DNA from: Microbotryum violaceum
Lineage: Eukaryota
Length of the DNA stretch: 64,000 nt
Reading direction: 5' to 3'
Assembly: GCA_001244265.2 (NCBI GenBank)
Contig: CDLV01000005.1
Coordinates: forward strand, 2,542,001 to 2,606,000
The translations under genes were made by a program, and so were the position numbers. How positions within the stretch are numbered: position 1 is the stretch's first letter; the number at the start of each line of letters is the position of its first letter. The notes under the pieces are model-generated. The model ran no database searches. It was not told the DNA's origin and saw only the letters and a program-made list of their open reading frames with translations. Of the stretch, positions 23,362-34,830 are shown in pieces.

Positions 23362-25267
23362 ATGGCACCTCGACGCAACGTAGTCAAGAAGGGTCTACAC
23401 TTTACCATTGCCGTATGCGGTGAGTCCAGACCCAGTACTAGGCCGGACACGGTTGATCGATGGCGTGGACGACACGCGCCGTGTTGCTGGCTGGCCACGT
23501 CCTCGGTCGAGCTCGACCCACTTGCACCGTGCTCGAGACTGCATCCAGTCTGGGCGGGTCGAGGAATCACTCTGTGGAGCTGGGATATATCGGCTTGAAG
23601 AAACGATGTACTGATGCATGTCACCTTTTTCCTCTTCTCGTGTCCCACTCGCTGTCGCTCGACTCGTTCTCCGACCTGCGCCCGGCTGGACGTGCTGCTG
23701 CAGGACAATCGGGCACCGGCCGCACCACCTTCGTCAACACGCTGTGCGAATCAGCTGTCCTTGCGCACAAAGAAGAACTCAGTCCCGAGTTGGCCCACCA
23801 GGAGAACGGTATCCGAATCAAGCCCTTCAACGTTGGTCAGTTCGAGTTGTCGTCTACCGCTCCCCACCGGTCAGGTCACACTCTCTCCCTTCTGCCTCCG
23901 CTGACACTTGCTGGTCGGGCCGTCCTGCGAACCTGGCCCTGACAGAGCTTGAGGAGGACGGACTTCGTATCTTCTTGACCATCGTCGACACCCCCGGCTT
24001 CGGTGACCAGATCAACAACGAGTTCACGTCAGTTATCAATCACATTACATCCTCAACGAGCACGCACCGACCGACCAACGCAAGAGAGATCTGGGCGAAA
24101 TGCTCATCTCTCCTCTTTCTTCGCCGTTCCACAGATTTCAAGAGATTGTCGGCTACCTCGAACGCCAGTACGATGACATCTTGGCCGAGGAGAGTCGCAT
24201 CAAGCGTAACCCGCGCTTCCGTGACCACCGAGTCCACGCGCTGCTCTACTTCATCCCCTCGACCGGTCACTCGTGAGTCAGATGAGAGCCGTCGTACGTG
24301 AATGGGGCAATAACTTGTGGAAGAGTGCACCTTTGTTCGCAGTCTCCGAGAGCTCGACATTGAGCTGATGCGACGCCTCTCGCCGCGAGTCAACGTCATT
24401 CCCGTGATCGGCAAATCCGACTCGCTTACGCCGACAGAGCTGTTGGCCTTCAAGAAGCGCATCATGGAGGACATTGAGCACTACAATATTGCCATCTACA
24501 ACTTCCCTTACGACCCCGAAGAAGATGATGAGGAGACGATCGCTGACAACAGCGAACTGCGAGTGCGTTAACTACCTCTCTACACTCATCTTGCGGGATA
24601 CTGATTCGAGCACGTGCAACCTCTACCCTTCAGGCCCTTTTGCCCTTTGCTATTGTCGGTGCCGAGGAGGAGATTGAAATCAACGGCCAGATGGTACGAG
24701 GGCGCGGGTACCCGTGGGGTGTGGTCGAGGTTGACAACCCGAAGCACAGCGACTTTGGCCGCTTGCGCTCGGCTCTGCTGAACACCCACTTGACCGACCT
24801 CAAGGAGATCACTGAGGACTTCCTCTACGAGAACTGTGAATTTTACCCCGTTGGAGGTGTATGAACATCGTGTTTGGTTATCCTGACGTTGGCGTTCCAC
24901 CTGCGTTCGTGACAGACCGATCCGAGAAGCTGTCGAGAAGCGTCCAGGGCTCCGAGGGCTACGCCGCCGACAGCTCGATTCTTCCCGAAGACATGGCCAA
25001 CCAATCCGTGCGCCTGAAGGAGGAGCAGCTCCGACGCGAAGGTCAGTATGATCCTTTCTTCGCTTGTGCGCAAGGATCACCACTGACCATGCTTGCATCG
25101 CCTGTCCAGAGGAGAAGTTGCGCGAGACCGAGATCAAATCTCAACGCGAGATCAGCGAAAAGCGACAAGAGCTGTTGGCCAAGGAAGAGTCGTTGCGCAA
25201 CCTCGAATCGCGGCTCGCCCAAGCGCAGGCCATGTCACCAGAACCGTCGACTCAGAACGGTCACTAG
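23362..25267 (+). CDS. CDC11: Septin, CDC11/AspA class, copy 1
   Basis: G1 GQSGTGRTT (Arg in the P-loop is typical of Cdc11), G3 DTPGFGD, G4 GKSD, SUE GRGYPWG..HSDF..LR and C-terminal coiled coil; 8 exons, all in frame. Confidence 0.9.
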
Positions 25268-26201
25268 TCGTTCTTGAACCCTATGTACGACGCACGACAC
25301 CTTTCCGACGAGACATTTCCCGCCAAGGCCCCCTTTCAAAAAAGGTGTTTCCCATTCTCTGTTCTATTACGACTTTATGATTGACCTTTTCTTTCCACTC
25401 CCTCTTGAGCTACCACCCTCACTCGGTCTACACGACAACTCTCGAAGGCTCGCTTGTTTGTTATTCCTCGCCCTGCCTGTGTTGGCGACTTTCAGCCTAC
25501 CACATCTCATCTTCTTTTCCCTCTTCTCTGTTGAGATGCCTTCTTGCCATTTCATACTTTGTTTGCTATTCTTCAGCCCACGTCTGAGAGGCGGCTCTGG
25601 AAGTGATCTGAGGCGTTTTGCCTGGCTGTGCAGGATGAGCACCTTCTTCTGGTGCACAGGTTTCTCTCTCGAGAAGTGACCGGAAGATTGCGAGAACATC
25701 AGCTGTTATATTATTGCGTTGTTAGAACTGTGGCCGGGGTCCAGCTAGCGGTGATCGTACCGGGGGTCCAAGCTCAAGCGCAGTGCGCACAGGCCTCCCC
25801 TGTCCTGCGTGGTTCTAGTGCACGCTCCGCTTTCATTCTTCGCCCTGTGCTCTGCTTCGCCGACTCGTCTCTTTCTTTCTCCATATACAGCTCAGGTATG
25901 TCGCTGCGTCTTGGTCTTGGTGTGTACAAAGCTCGTTCATGAATTGATGGATTAGCTTCGCTGCCCTTCACATGCCCCTATCGCACCATGCCGGGACGTC
26001 AACCCCACATACCTCCCACTCGCAATTGTTTGGTCCTCTCCACTCCATCACCTGGAATATACCTTTCTGGTTCGAACATAAACTTAATCGCCAACATGTC
26101 GATCATCGCCCAACCTCGGCCTGGCGCCTCTTCGCTCGGCCCCTGTTCTCGTGTCAACCCCACTGCGATCCGACCGGAATTACGCACTACCTGAACAGAA
26201 G

Positions 26202-27941
26202 ATGGCACCTCGACGCAAGTCCGTCAAGAAGGGACTTCAGTTCACCATCGCCGTATGTGGTACGTAAGGTTCGAAAGTTCGGTGGTGTGCCGATCGTGAC
26301 GCTGGCCGGGCTGATCGGAAATGTCACGCGTCACCGTGTTGTTCCCACTCCAACGCGTAGGCCAATCCGGCACCGGACGAACAACGTTCGTCAACACCCT
26401 CTGCGAATCCGAAGTTCTCGTGCATAAGGACTTGCCCAGTCCCGAGTTGGCTCATCAAGAGGACGGTATCAGGATCAAGCCTGTCAGCGTTGGTGAGCAT
26501 TGCCTATCCTTTCAAAGCAGGGGCCTCGGCATGGGAAAAGCGCTAGTTCGCTGATCGGGGATCCATGCGCGTTTTTTTGCGGATTATATAGAACTTGAAG
26601 AGGACGGAGTGAGGATCTCTTTGACGATCGTTGATACCCCCGGATTCGGAGATCAAATCAACAATGAGTTCGCGTGAGTACTTTTGGGGGGCGTCAATGC
26701 CACAGCGGTTGTGAAGTCGAGGACACATCACATGTTGACTCTCCCTCCATTCCATTATCGCTAATCTTTAGGTTCCAAGAGATTGCCGGCTACCTCGAAC
26801 GCCAGTACGACGACATTCTGGCCGAGCAGAGTCGTATCAAGCGCAATCCTCGTTTCAGGGACAATCGAGTCCACGCGTTGCTCTACTTCATCCCCCCGAA
26901 CGGCCACTCGTGAGTCGACCGAAAAGGCCGCTGTACATGAGTGATGTTGGGTACACCACTTATGTTCGCGTCGATCACTCGCCGATCACAGACTTCGAGA
27001 GCTCGACATCGAATTGATGAGGCGCCTCTCCCCCCGCGTCAATGTGATACCCGTGATTGGCAAGGCTGACACTTTGACGCCTTCGGAAATTCGTGCATTC
27101 AAGAAGCGCGTTATGCAAGACATTGACTACTACAGTATCCCCATCTACAATTTTCCTTACGACGCCGACGAGGATGACGAGGAGACCATTGCGGATAACC
27201 GTGACCTTCGCGTGAGCAGTGGAGGCGTAGGTGAACTCCGAAGTTTCGTCAGGCGTTGACGAGTCCCGTCTTCTCTTCTTCGCACCAGGCTCTCTTGCCC
27301 TTCGCCGTTATCGGTTCGGAAGAGGCCACCGAGATAGACGGTGAAGTTATTCGTTCGCGTCACTACCCTTGGGGTATCGTCGAGATCGACAATCCCGAAC
27401 ACTCCGACTTTGCTGCCCTTCGTTCGGCTTTGCTCGGAACCCACCTCACGGACCTCAAGGAGATCACCGAGGACTTCCTTTACGAGAACTGTGAGTGCAG
27501 GTTCCGGGTGCCATCAATCCCGTTTCGATGAATACTGACATATCTTCTTGTGTAGATCGTACCGAGAAGCTCTCTCGAAACGTGGAGGGCGGAGTGGAGT
27601 ATCATAATCCCGACAGCTCGATCCTCCCCGAAGATCTCGCCACCCAGTCGGTTCGTCTCAAGGAAGAGCAGCTTCGACGAGAAGGTCAGTGTGCCACCCC
27701 GACTCGGTGCCGGCTACATATCAGCTGACCGTGATGGTTTGTGCTCACCCATGTGATCGCAGAGGAGAAGCTGCGCGAGGTCGAGCTCAAGTCGCAACGC
27801 GAGATCAGCGAGAAGCGTCAAGAGCTGCTCGCCAAGGAGGAGTCGCTGCGCAACCTCGAGAGTCGGCTCGCTCAAGCGCAGGCGATGGTGCAACAGCAGT
27901 CCGCGATTTATGCGCCGTCGAACGGTCAAGGCGAATACTGA
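26202..27941 (+). CDS. CDC11: Septin, CDC11/AspA class, copy 2 (tandem paralog)
   Basis: MAPRRKSVKKGLQFTIAVCG|QSGTGRTT, DTPGFGD, GKAD, SRHYPWG. Same intron positions as copy 1; intact to ..SNGQGEY*. Confidence 0.9.
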
Positions 27942-28495
27942 TCTTGCGGAAAGGATGCTTTTCACGGACTTGGCCTAGAGTGCTCTTTTGGTGTGTTTTG
28001 CTGTCATCTTACCCAGTCTTTCGTTTTTGGCGAGCTTGAACATCTCTTCCGAGCTGAGACAGCGGTCTCAGAGCAGAATGCCGGGTATCGGCGCGGGTCC
28101 TTGAGGGGCAATGCCATCCGCTAGACAGGGGGCCAAGAGGCTGAGATGAGTTTTGCCTGCAATCGGCCGATACGACCAATGTCAGATGTTCGGCATCAGT
28201 CGCCGCTATCGAAGCCCCCGAAAACGCGGATAGTGCTCTATCGACACGAGTTCGGCAAATATCGGCATTGCCAATGGCACTCGCCGTCCACACTGCCGCT
28301 TCCGACGATTTGCGAAGGGTGCCGAGCTGCCCAACGCGCGCTTTGAACCCGCCGGCCGGCTTCGATCCGGGCAGCGAGCACAAGGTTCACACCGGACCTT
28401 TTTTTCCCTTTCCCGCCGTAGCGAACATCGATTCTTTTTTCTTCTGTTATACTGCCCTGGACCGAAGTCCGACTGCTTGCACCATTCGCTTCGAC

Positions 28496-30760
28496 ATGTT
28501 ATCCCTCAAGCGCTCCATCAGCTTCGTGAGCGAACGAGCCATCGCATCGACTTCGGCCTCGTCGTCGATAAGCGGTCGGGCGAGCACACGAGCGGCCCGA
28601 TGCGCGCGGCCGCGACCACCGTCGTCGATCACGTGGTTCGTGCAGCACTCGTCCATGCACACCTCGTCGACACCTAAGACTTCAACTACGATTTACTCGA
28701 GCGACTCGAACGTATCCTCGTCTCACCCACATGCATTGTCCTCGTCCTCCGGGGCCTCTGGTTCGGCGAGCAGCGGTGGCAAGTCCAAGTCGGGCCGGTC
28801 ACGTGTGGGCGTCATCGCCACCTCGGGTGTTCTCGCCGCCGTAGCGCTCGCCACAGCTTACCGGCAAGTCACAGGTTACTCCGATGCCGCCCACAACTCC
28901 TCGCTTTTCGCCAACTCGTCTAGTGATCCGCTCAGCCTCCTCAGTCCCGCCGAGTTGCACGCCTCGACCTCGCACCTCGATGAGGTTTCGCTCAAGCAGC
29001 TGCTGCGCCAATACGTCGTCTATTTGGGCTTCGAGCAAGCCGCGCTAGTTCAAGCCGGGCCATGGATCCTGAAGCAGCTAGAAGCATTGCGTGACAATGT
29101 CCCTCTCGTGGGTCCGATGATGTGGAGCATCTTCCGTTTCGTGAGTCCCGCTTGGTCTTGATGTCGAGCTTCAGAGTGGTTAGAAGGCATCGCTCACACT
29201 CACGCGATTGCGCATACACGGCACACAGACCATGAAGAACACGTTCTACGATGTTTTTGTAGGTGGAGCGACCGTCACTGAATGCGGCCCTCTCATCGAA
29301 GACTATCTCAACCGAGGGGTAAGTGCCTGCTTTTGAAGCTGATGAGATCTTAGATGGGTTTTCCACTGACTGACGTTACTCGTTTGGTCTCCTTAGATCG
29401 GCATATCGCTCAGTTACTCAGTCGAGGCTTCTGTCGATGGATCCGCTCAAGCTGTCGGTGTCAACAAGAAGCACATTCGAGAGGCCGTCGAGGCACTCAA
29501 GGCAACGGCCGTCTTTGGACCCAAGCCTCCGTCCACCGTGGCATCCTCCAGGTCCAGCTCGGAGGCAACCCCTATCGTGGCGACAGCTGCGTCTCACATT
29601 CGAGCTATACTCCTTGCCATCAAGTTGACCGGCTTTATCTTCGACCCGTCCCTCCTGGCCCGTGCGACGACCGCGCTTGTCGGATCTTCCTCCCCTATAC
29701 AGCTCTTCTCTCCCTCCACCGTTGTCCCTGAACACGGCGTGTCCCCCTTCCCCGCCTCGCCAGCTCTCTCGGATGAAGACCACCGTCAGCTCGCTCAACT
29801 CTACGCAGGCCTGCGCCAGATTTCGGCGACTGCTCGCGAGCAAGGTGTGCGCTTACTCATCGACGCCGAACAAAGCTGGTACCAGGATGCGATCGACCAT
29901 TTAGCGACCTTGCTCGCGCTCGAATTCAACGCCGCTCCTTCGACCACCGCCGAGTCAGTGCTCGGTCTTTCAAGTCCGATCGTCTACAACACTTACCAAT
30001 GCTATCGTCGCTCGACACCCGAACGACTAGCGGCGGACATGGCTTTTGCACGCGCCCACAACCTCAGCTTCGGTGCCAAACTTGTTCGAGGAGCTTACGT
30101 CGAGTACGAACGAATGAGGCATGCCAATTTGGTCGAGCAAGGTCAAGCCGAGGGGGAGTGCTGCATCTGGTCGTCCAAGGCAGAGACGGACGCGTGCTAC
30201 GATCAATGCGCGGCGGTTATAATCGAACAGATGGCGAAGGATACTAGGACGATGACGCCTGGAACGGGTTGTGTCGGTCTTTTCGCTGCGACGCACAATG
30301 CAACGAGTGTGCAGAAGGTCATTCGCGGTCTGAGGGACGAGGGGCTCATCAAGTTTAAAGAGGATGGCTCGGCAGAGATTGATGACAAGTTGAGGGGCAG
30401 GCTCGTATTCGGGCAACTGATGGGTGAGTCGAATCTGATTACTCTTCAAGCATTGCAAGGGAACGATCGAAACTTATTTACCTCCTTCCAGGTATGTCCG
30501 ACAACCTCACCTCGGCTATCTCGCGCGTTCTATCCCCCTCGGGAATGGCTCCTGTCGGCGAGCTCAGCGGCTCGCTACCGTTGGTCGTCAAATGGACCCC
30601 TTACTCCTCCATCGACGAAGCCTTGCCTTACCTCATCAGAAGAGCGAACGAGAACCAATCCATCTTGCAATCTGATCCGACGAGTGGACGTGGTGGAGCG
30701 AAGGAAGAACGTCGTGCGGTCGGCCGGGAGATTCGTAGGCGGTTCGGGCTGGCTTTCTGA
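28496..30760 (+). CDS. PUT1: Mitochondrial proline dehydrogenase
   Basis: Presequence-like N-terminus; FVGG, AIKLTG, LLIDAEQSWYQ, YNTYQCY, GAKLVRGAY..ER, ATHN, FGQLMG|MSD, PYLIRRANEN; 4 exons. Confidence 0.92.
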
Positions 30761-30956
30761 TTCATTGCTGTGATAGATCTGATAGTTCCGAATAGATGTT
30801 TATACCAGTTTTTTCTTAATACTTGATGCATTCGCAAAGTTTTCCGTCTTCTGACACGACCTGAAGAAACGAACATTTGAAGCACACGCAATTGAACGCT
30901 CGGCCGTGTGATTTTTGATGCTTTTGCGAAAATGCGTCAACTATCTTTTATCGATT

Positions 30957-33900
30957 TCATTCCCATTCCTCTCCCCCCAACTTGGGAGCCGTAGGAACCT
31001 CGACCCCCTTGACCTTCGCAATACCCTCTATCCCAGCTCCTGCAGCACCGGGCACTCCAGCCCTTGTCAATTCCTCGTCGGTCATCTGTTCCAACTCCTT
31101 CAACCTCTCTTCATCCATGGCACCCTCATCGAATTCCAACTGTACAGGTACGGTCTTCGCCGATTGACGACGTTCGGATCGGGCTTGTTTGGCGGCGTAT
31201 TCTTTGTCGAGGTCGCGCGGCATGAGTTCTTGGCCTAGTTCGAGCTCCTTGAGTGGGATGGGGCGGTCGGATGGTGTGGGAGGGAAGGTGGAGGATGTTG
31301 AGGTGGAGCTGGTGATTTCGGGAGATCGTGCGCGGGATAAGAGGGATAAGGGGTTGACGGAGGAGAAAAAACCTCCTGCTCCTCCTCCGGCAGCAGGAGT
31401 GGCGTTGTTCGAACCAGCTGCGATCGGAGGTGTAAGTGGTGGTGTAGTGGCCGACGAAGCCGTGGATAAAGGTCTCAAATACCCCGAGATTCCAGGGGAA
31501 GGTAACAAACCCGCGCCCGACCCAGGTGGTGCTGGGCTTGCTCCTGACCCGAGAAAAGGAGCCAAGTTCGACGGGCTATCGGTCGTTTTTCTGAGATCCA
31601 GGGGGGAAGGGGGTTGGGTCGCTAGCTTCGGTGTTCCGGTTAATGAACGGGAGTTCGATTCATTCGTCGTTGTTGTCGGACTTTTGGGACCGGAGAACAA
31701 GCCCGAAACTCTCCTCGAAGCCAAAAAGGATCCTATCCCCGTTGCGACGGTCGCGACACCCGTCTTAGCGACGTCCACACCAGCCAATAAAGTATTTCCC
31801 GCCATATCCAACACAGGCGGTGAGGCGGGGATCAACCCACTGATCGAGTTGGTCCGTCGTTCATTGTATTCTTTTTGTCGTTTCGTAATATCGGACTTGA
31901 GGAACGAATAAGCGCCCCAAATTGATTCGCTTCCTTGTTGAACGCCGCGTGAGAGCATCTCTTTCGTAGGCGCAAGGTTCTCGGGGAGGTGGAGGTCGTG
32001 CAAACCGTGGGCTAGTCGGATACCGACGTCTTCGATGGGGTTCGTCTTCCCCTCCATGGGGTGTTTGGGCTCGACGAGATCAAAGATGGCGTCGTCCGTT
32101 GTGCGGTTCCATACGGCAAAGGCCGGTGTGGCTTTGAAAGCGCGGACAAAGAGATCGTTGAACGATTCGACGTTGTAAGAAGCCATTTCTGTGGAGAGTG
32201 TTCGTCTCAGGCCCTAATCCACTCAAAATTCATTCTGCTGTACATGGACTCACCATTTCCAGACAACAGAGTCTGTCCTTTATCCCCTTGCTTCAGAAAC
32301 TCTGTAAACTTGATGCACGCCAGCAAAGAGCAAATGTACTCCTATATGGCTCACAATGCCTGGTCAGCAAATCTGCATCATGTTCATCAGTCTCGACCAG
32401 GAACGCACCTCGAACTTTGCCCTCAAAAAGTCCTCACTCCCGATAAAGTTCATCCCTACGGGTCTCGAAGGATCGGCAGGATCATAGGAATTATCCACCG
32501 TCGAGACAATCTCGTCCATCCATTTCCGATCCGCCGCGGTCAACGAGATCAGATACGATAATTTAGGATCGAGCACTTCGAGAGTTGCGGATTCGAGGCG
32601 GACGAGTACGTCGATAGGGCAGTCGCGTTGTTGTTGGAATATCGAGTTGGTCGTACCAACCAGGAAGGAACGGGCTTGTAAGAGGTCGATTTGTTGCAGG
32701 GGGAGGTAAGGTTGGAAGAAGGAGCCCTGCGTGCGTCCACTTCGGTCAGTCGACGCGCGGACTGATAAATCAACACGACGAGAGGCACTCACCTTGCCGA
32801 ATATGTTGAGGGGCAAACCAAGATATCGCACCAGACTCGACCGATCTGAAGTCTTTAGTGATGTGGGCTTGGTGAGCGTTTGCGCCAAGGCATCGAGGTC
32901 GGGTGATGAAGCGTCGTCGAGATGGGTGAGGAGAGCTTTTATGAAGAAGCGCGTGGATCAGCTGTTGAGACGGGCACCATACAGGTAGCGATGATCGAAT
33001 TCACTGACAGGGTATGAGAGCGACGAGGGAATACTGCATCGTGCACAGCGTCTCGACCGGTGAGTTCGCAGCGTAGAACATGACCTGCACAGCGTCGATC
33101 GTCAGTCTACTGAGAGTTACAATACTATGACGGGCTAGGTTCACCTTCTTCTGCAGCATCAGCAGTTTAACCAACATCAACGTCTTGCTCCTGAATCGGT
33201 ATACGAGTTCCCTCAACGAGGTGCCTGTGCAAGGCTCAAATTTTCAGCAACGAGGCGACCGGTAAGCACGGTGCAAGGCGGACGGGTGGACTTACCCATG
33301 TACATGCCCGCATCCTCCCTCTCTTGAGCTTCCCCCTCGCTCAGTTTAGGCGACGAGATGGGTGAAGGTTGCTGAATCTCGAACGACGAATAGAGATCGA
33401 CAAGTATGGACTTGTCCTCAAAGTTGCGCTGGGCGAAGAAGGTACGGGTGATGACACCTAGCTTGTCCCTCAACGGTCCAAAGATGGGCTGTGATGCACG
33501 ATCCAATACATAAGCATCAGCGAGTATCCCAGCAAAAACGTGGTCGTTCGAGCCCACCTTGTTGGCGAGGACGACGATGGCCTTTTGTACGGTCGAGCGG
33601 GTGACGTCCTTGCCCTTCTTGAGCAGTTCGTCGGCCTGTATCTGGCGGTTGCACGAGATGCCGAAGAGGGTCTCGGGCGCGATCAAAGGGTTGAGCATGT
33701 GAAAGTACGAGTAGTCCTCTTCTCTCTGTGTGCTCGTGGTTTGTGAGGGTGTCAGCTCCATGATCTCGGTGAAATTTTTTAAAAAAGGGAGGGAACGCGA
33801 GTGGGAGTGAGGGAGGTCGAGGTCTGGTTCAGCGTACGTACGGCATGGGCGCCATCGGGCAGTGCGAGAAAGGGGAGGTTGCTGTTGAGGTAAGCGTCGC

Positions 33901-34453
33901 CGGCGAAGGGTTGTGGGTAGCCGAACTCGATGATGGGACCTTGGAGATGGTCAAAGGCGACGAGCAGGACCGCGTAGACGTAAGCTGGTTGACGCGAGCG
34001 TGACGTGGAGCGATCCCTGCGCTTCGAGGCTGAAGTCGAGGTGGTGTTTGAGGAGGTCGATGCGGCGCACGAGGAGGCTTGTTGGGAGGTCAAAGCCGAG
34101 GTTGAGGTTGTTGGTGGTGTGGGTGGGTGCGAGGTAGTTGACGAGATCGGGGTCGAAGTCAAGGTCGAGGTCGAGGTCGAGGGGCGTGCTTGCTCGGGTC
34201 GTCCAGCCGCGGCGCGATCGACTGCAGCATCCGAGTGTTCATCCTCGGACCTCGACAATTGCAGTGGTGTGGATAGCCGTCTTCCCGAGGATGAGCTGGC
34301 GCTGGGGACCGAGTGTGGCGCGACTTGGGCGGTGGAAGCGGCTGGGGTGGATGCTGATGCTGGTGGGGTGTTGGAGCTCAAAGTGGGGCGGTCGAGGCCG
34401 TCGTGGTCGGGATCGGGATCGGTGCTAGACCGTGGCACCGACACAGCAGACAT
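30957..34453 (-). CDS. AVL9: AVL9 (DENN-related late secretory pathway protein)
   Basis: VAFDHLQGPIIEF..LPFLALPDGAH|EEDYSYF..LFGISCNRQI..VTRSTVQKAIVV, LGLPLNIFGK|FQPYLPLQQ, LTAADRKWMD, FIGSEDFLRAKFE. Confidence 0.92.
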
Positions 34454-34830
34454 GGCAAAGGAGCTAGTTGGTCCTTGTCTTGAGTACGAGCATCCACTGC
34501 GGCTTGGGTCGGTCTGAACAGGCGAGTACAGTCACTGTGAGGCCCGGTCGTACCGGAGGCGCGCCACAACGCACAGGGGGTTGGAGGGGAGTTGGGAACG
34601 TTCAGCCAAACCGAAGCCAGACCGTTTCGGCCGACGGGCCGCCAACGCGCCTTTCTCGCGCGCACGGACCACCCCACAGTCGCAGATGGAAGCGGTCCGA
34701 GCGCAAATTGCATCCCTGCGAAGTCCGCAACGACACCGCGCCTTCGCACTCGGGGTCGGCACAGCTCCACTCATTCGCTCATTCGTCCGGCCCATCCAAT
34801 CGCCTCCGACTACCCGGCTCAAAGGGGGAC

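Noticed and set aside
31189..31911. 240-aa plus-strand ORF, and similar long shadow ORFs (52246-53424, 44543-45259, 34005-34517, 40921-41811)
   Set aside because: These are antisense or alternate-frame overlaps of real GC-rich exons with no independent motifs.
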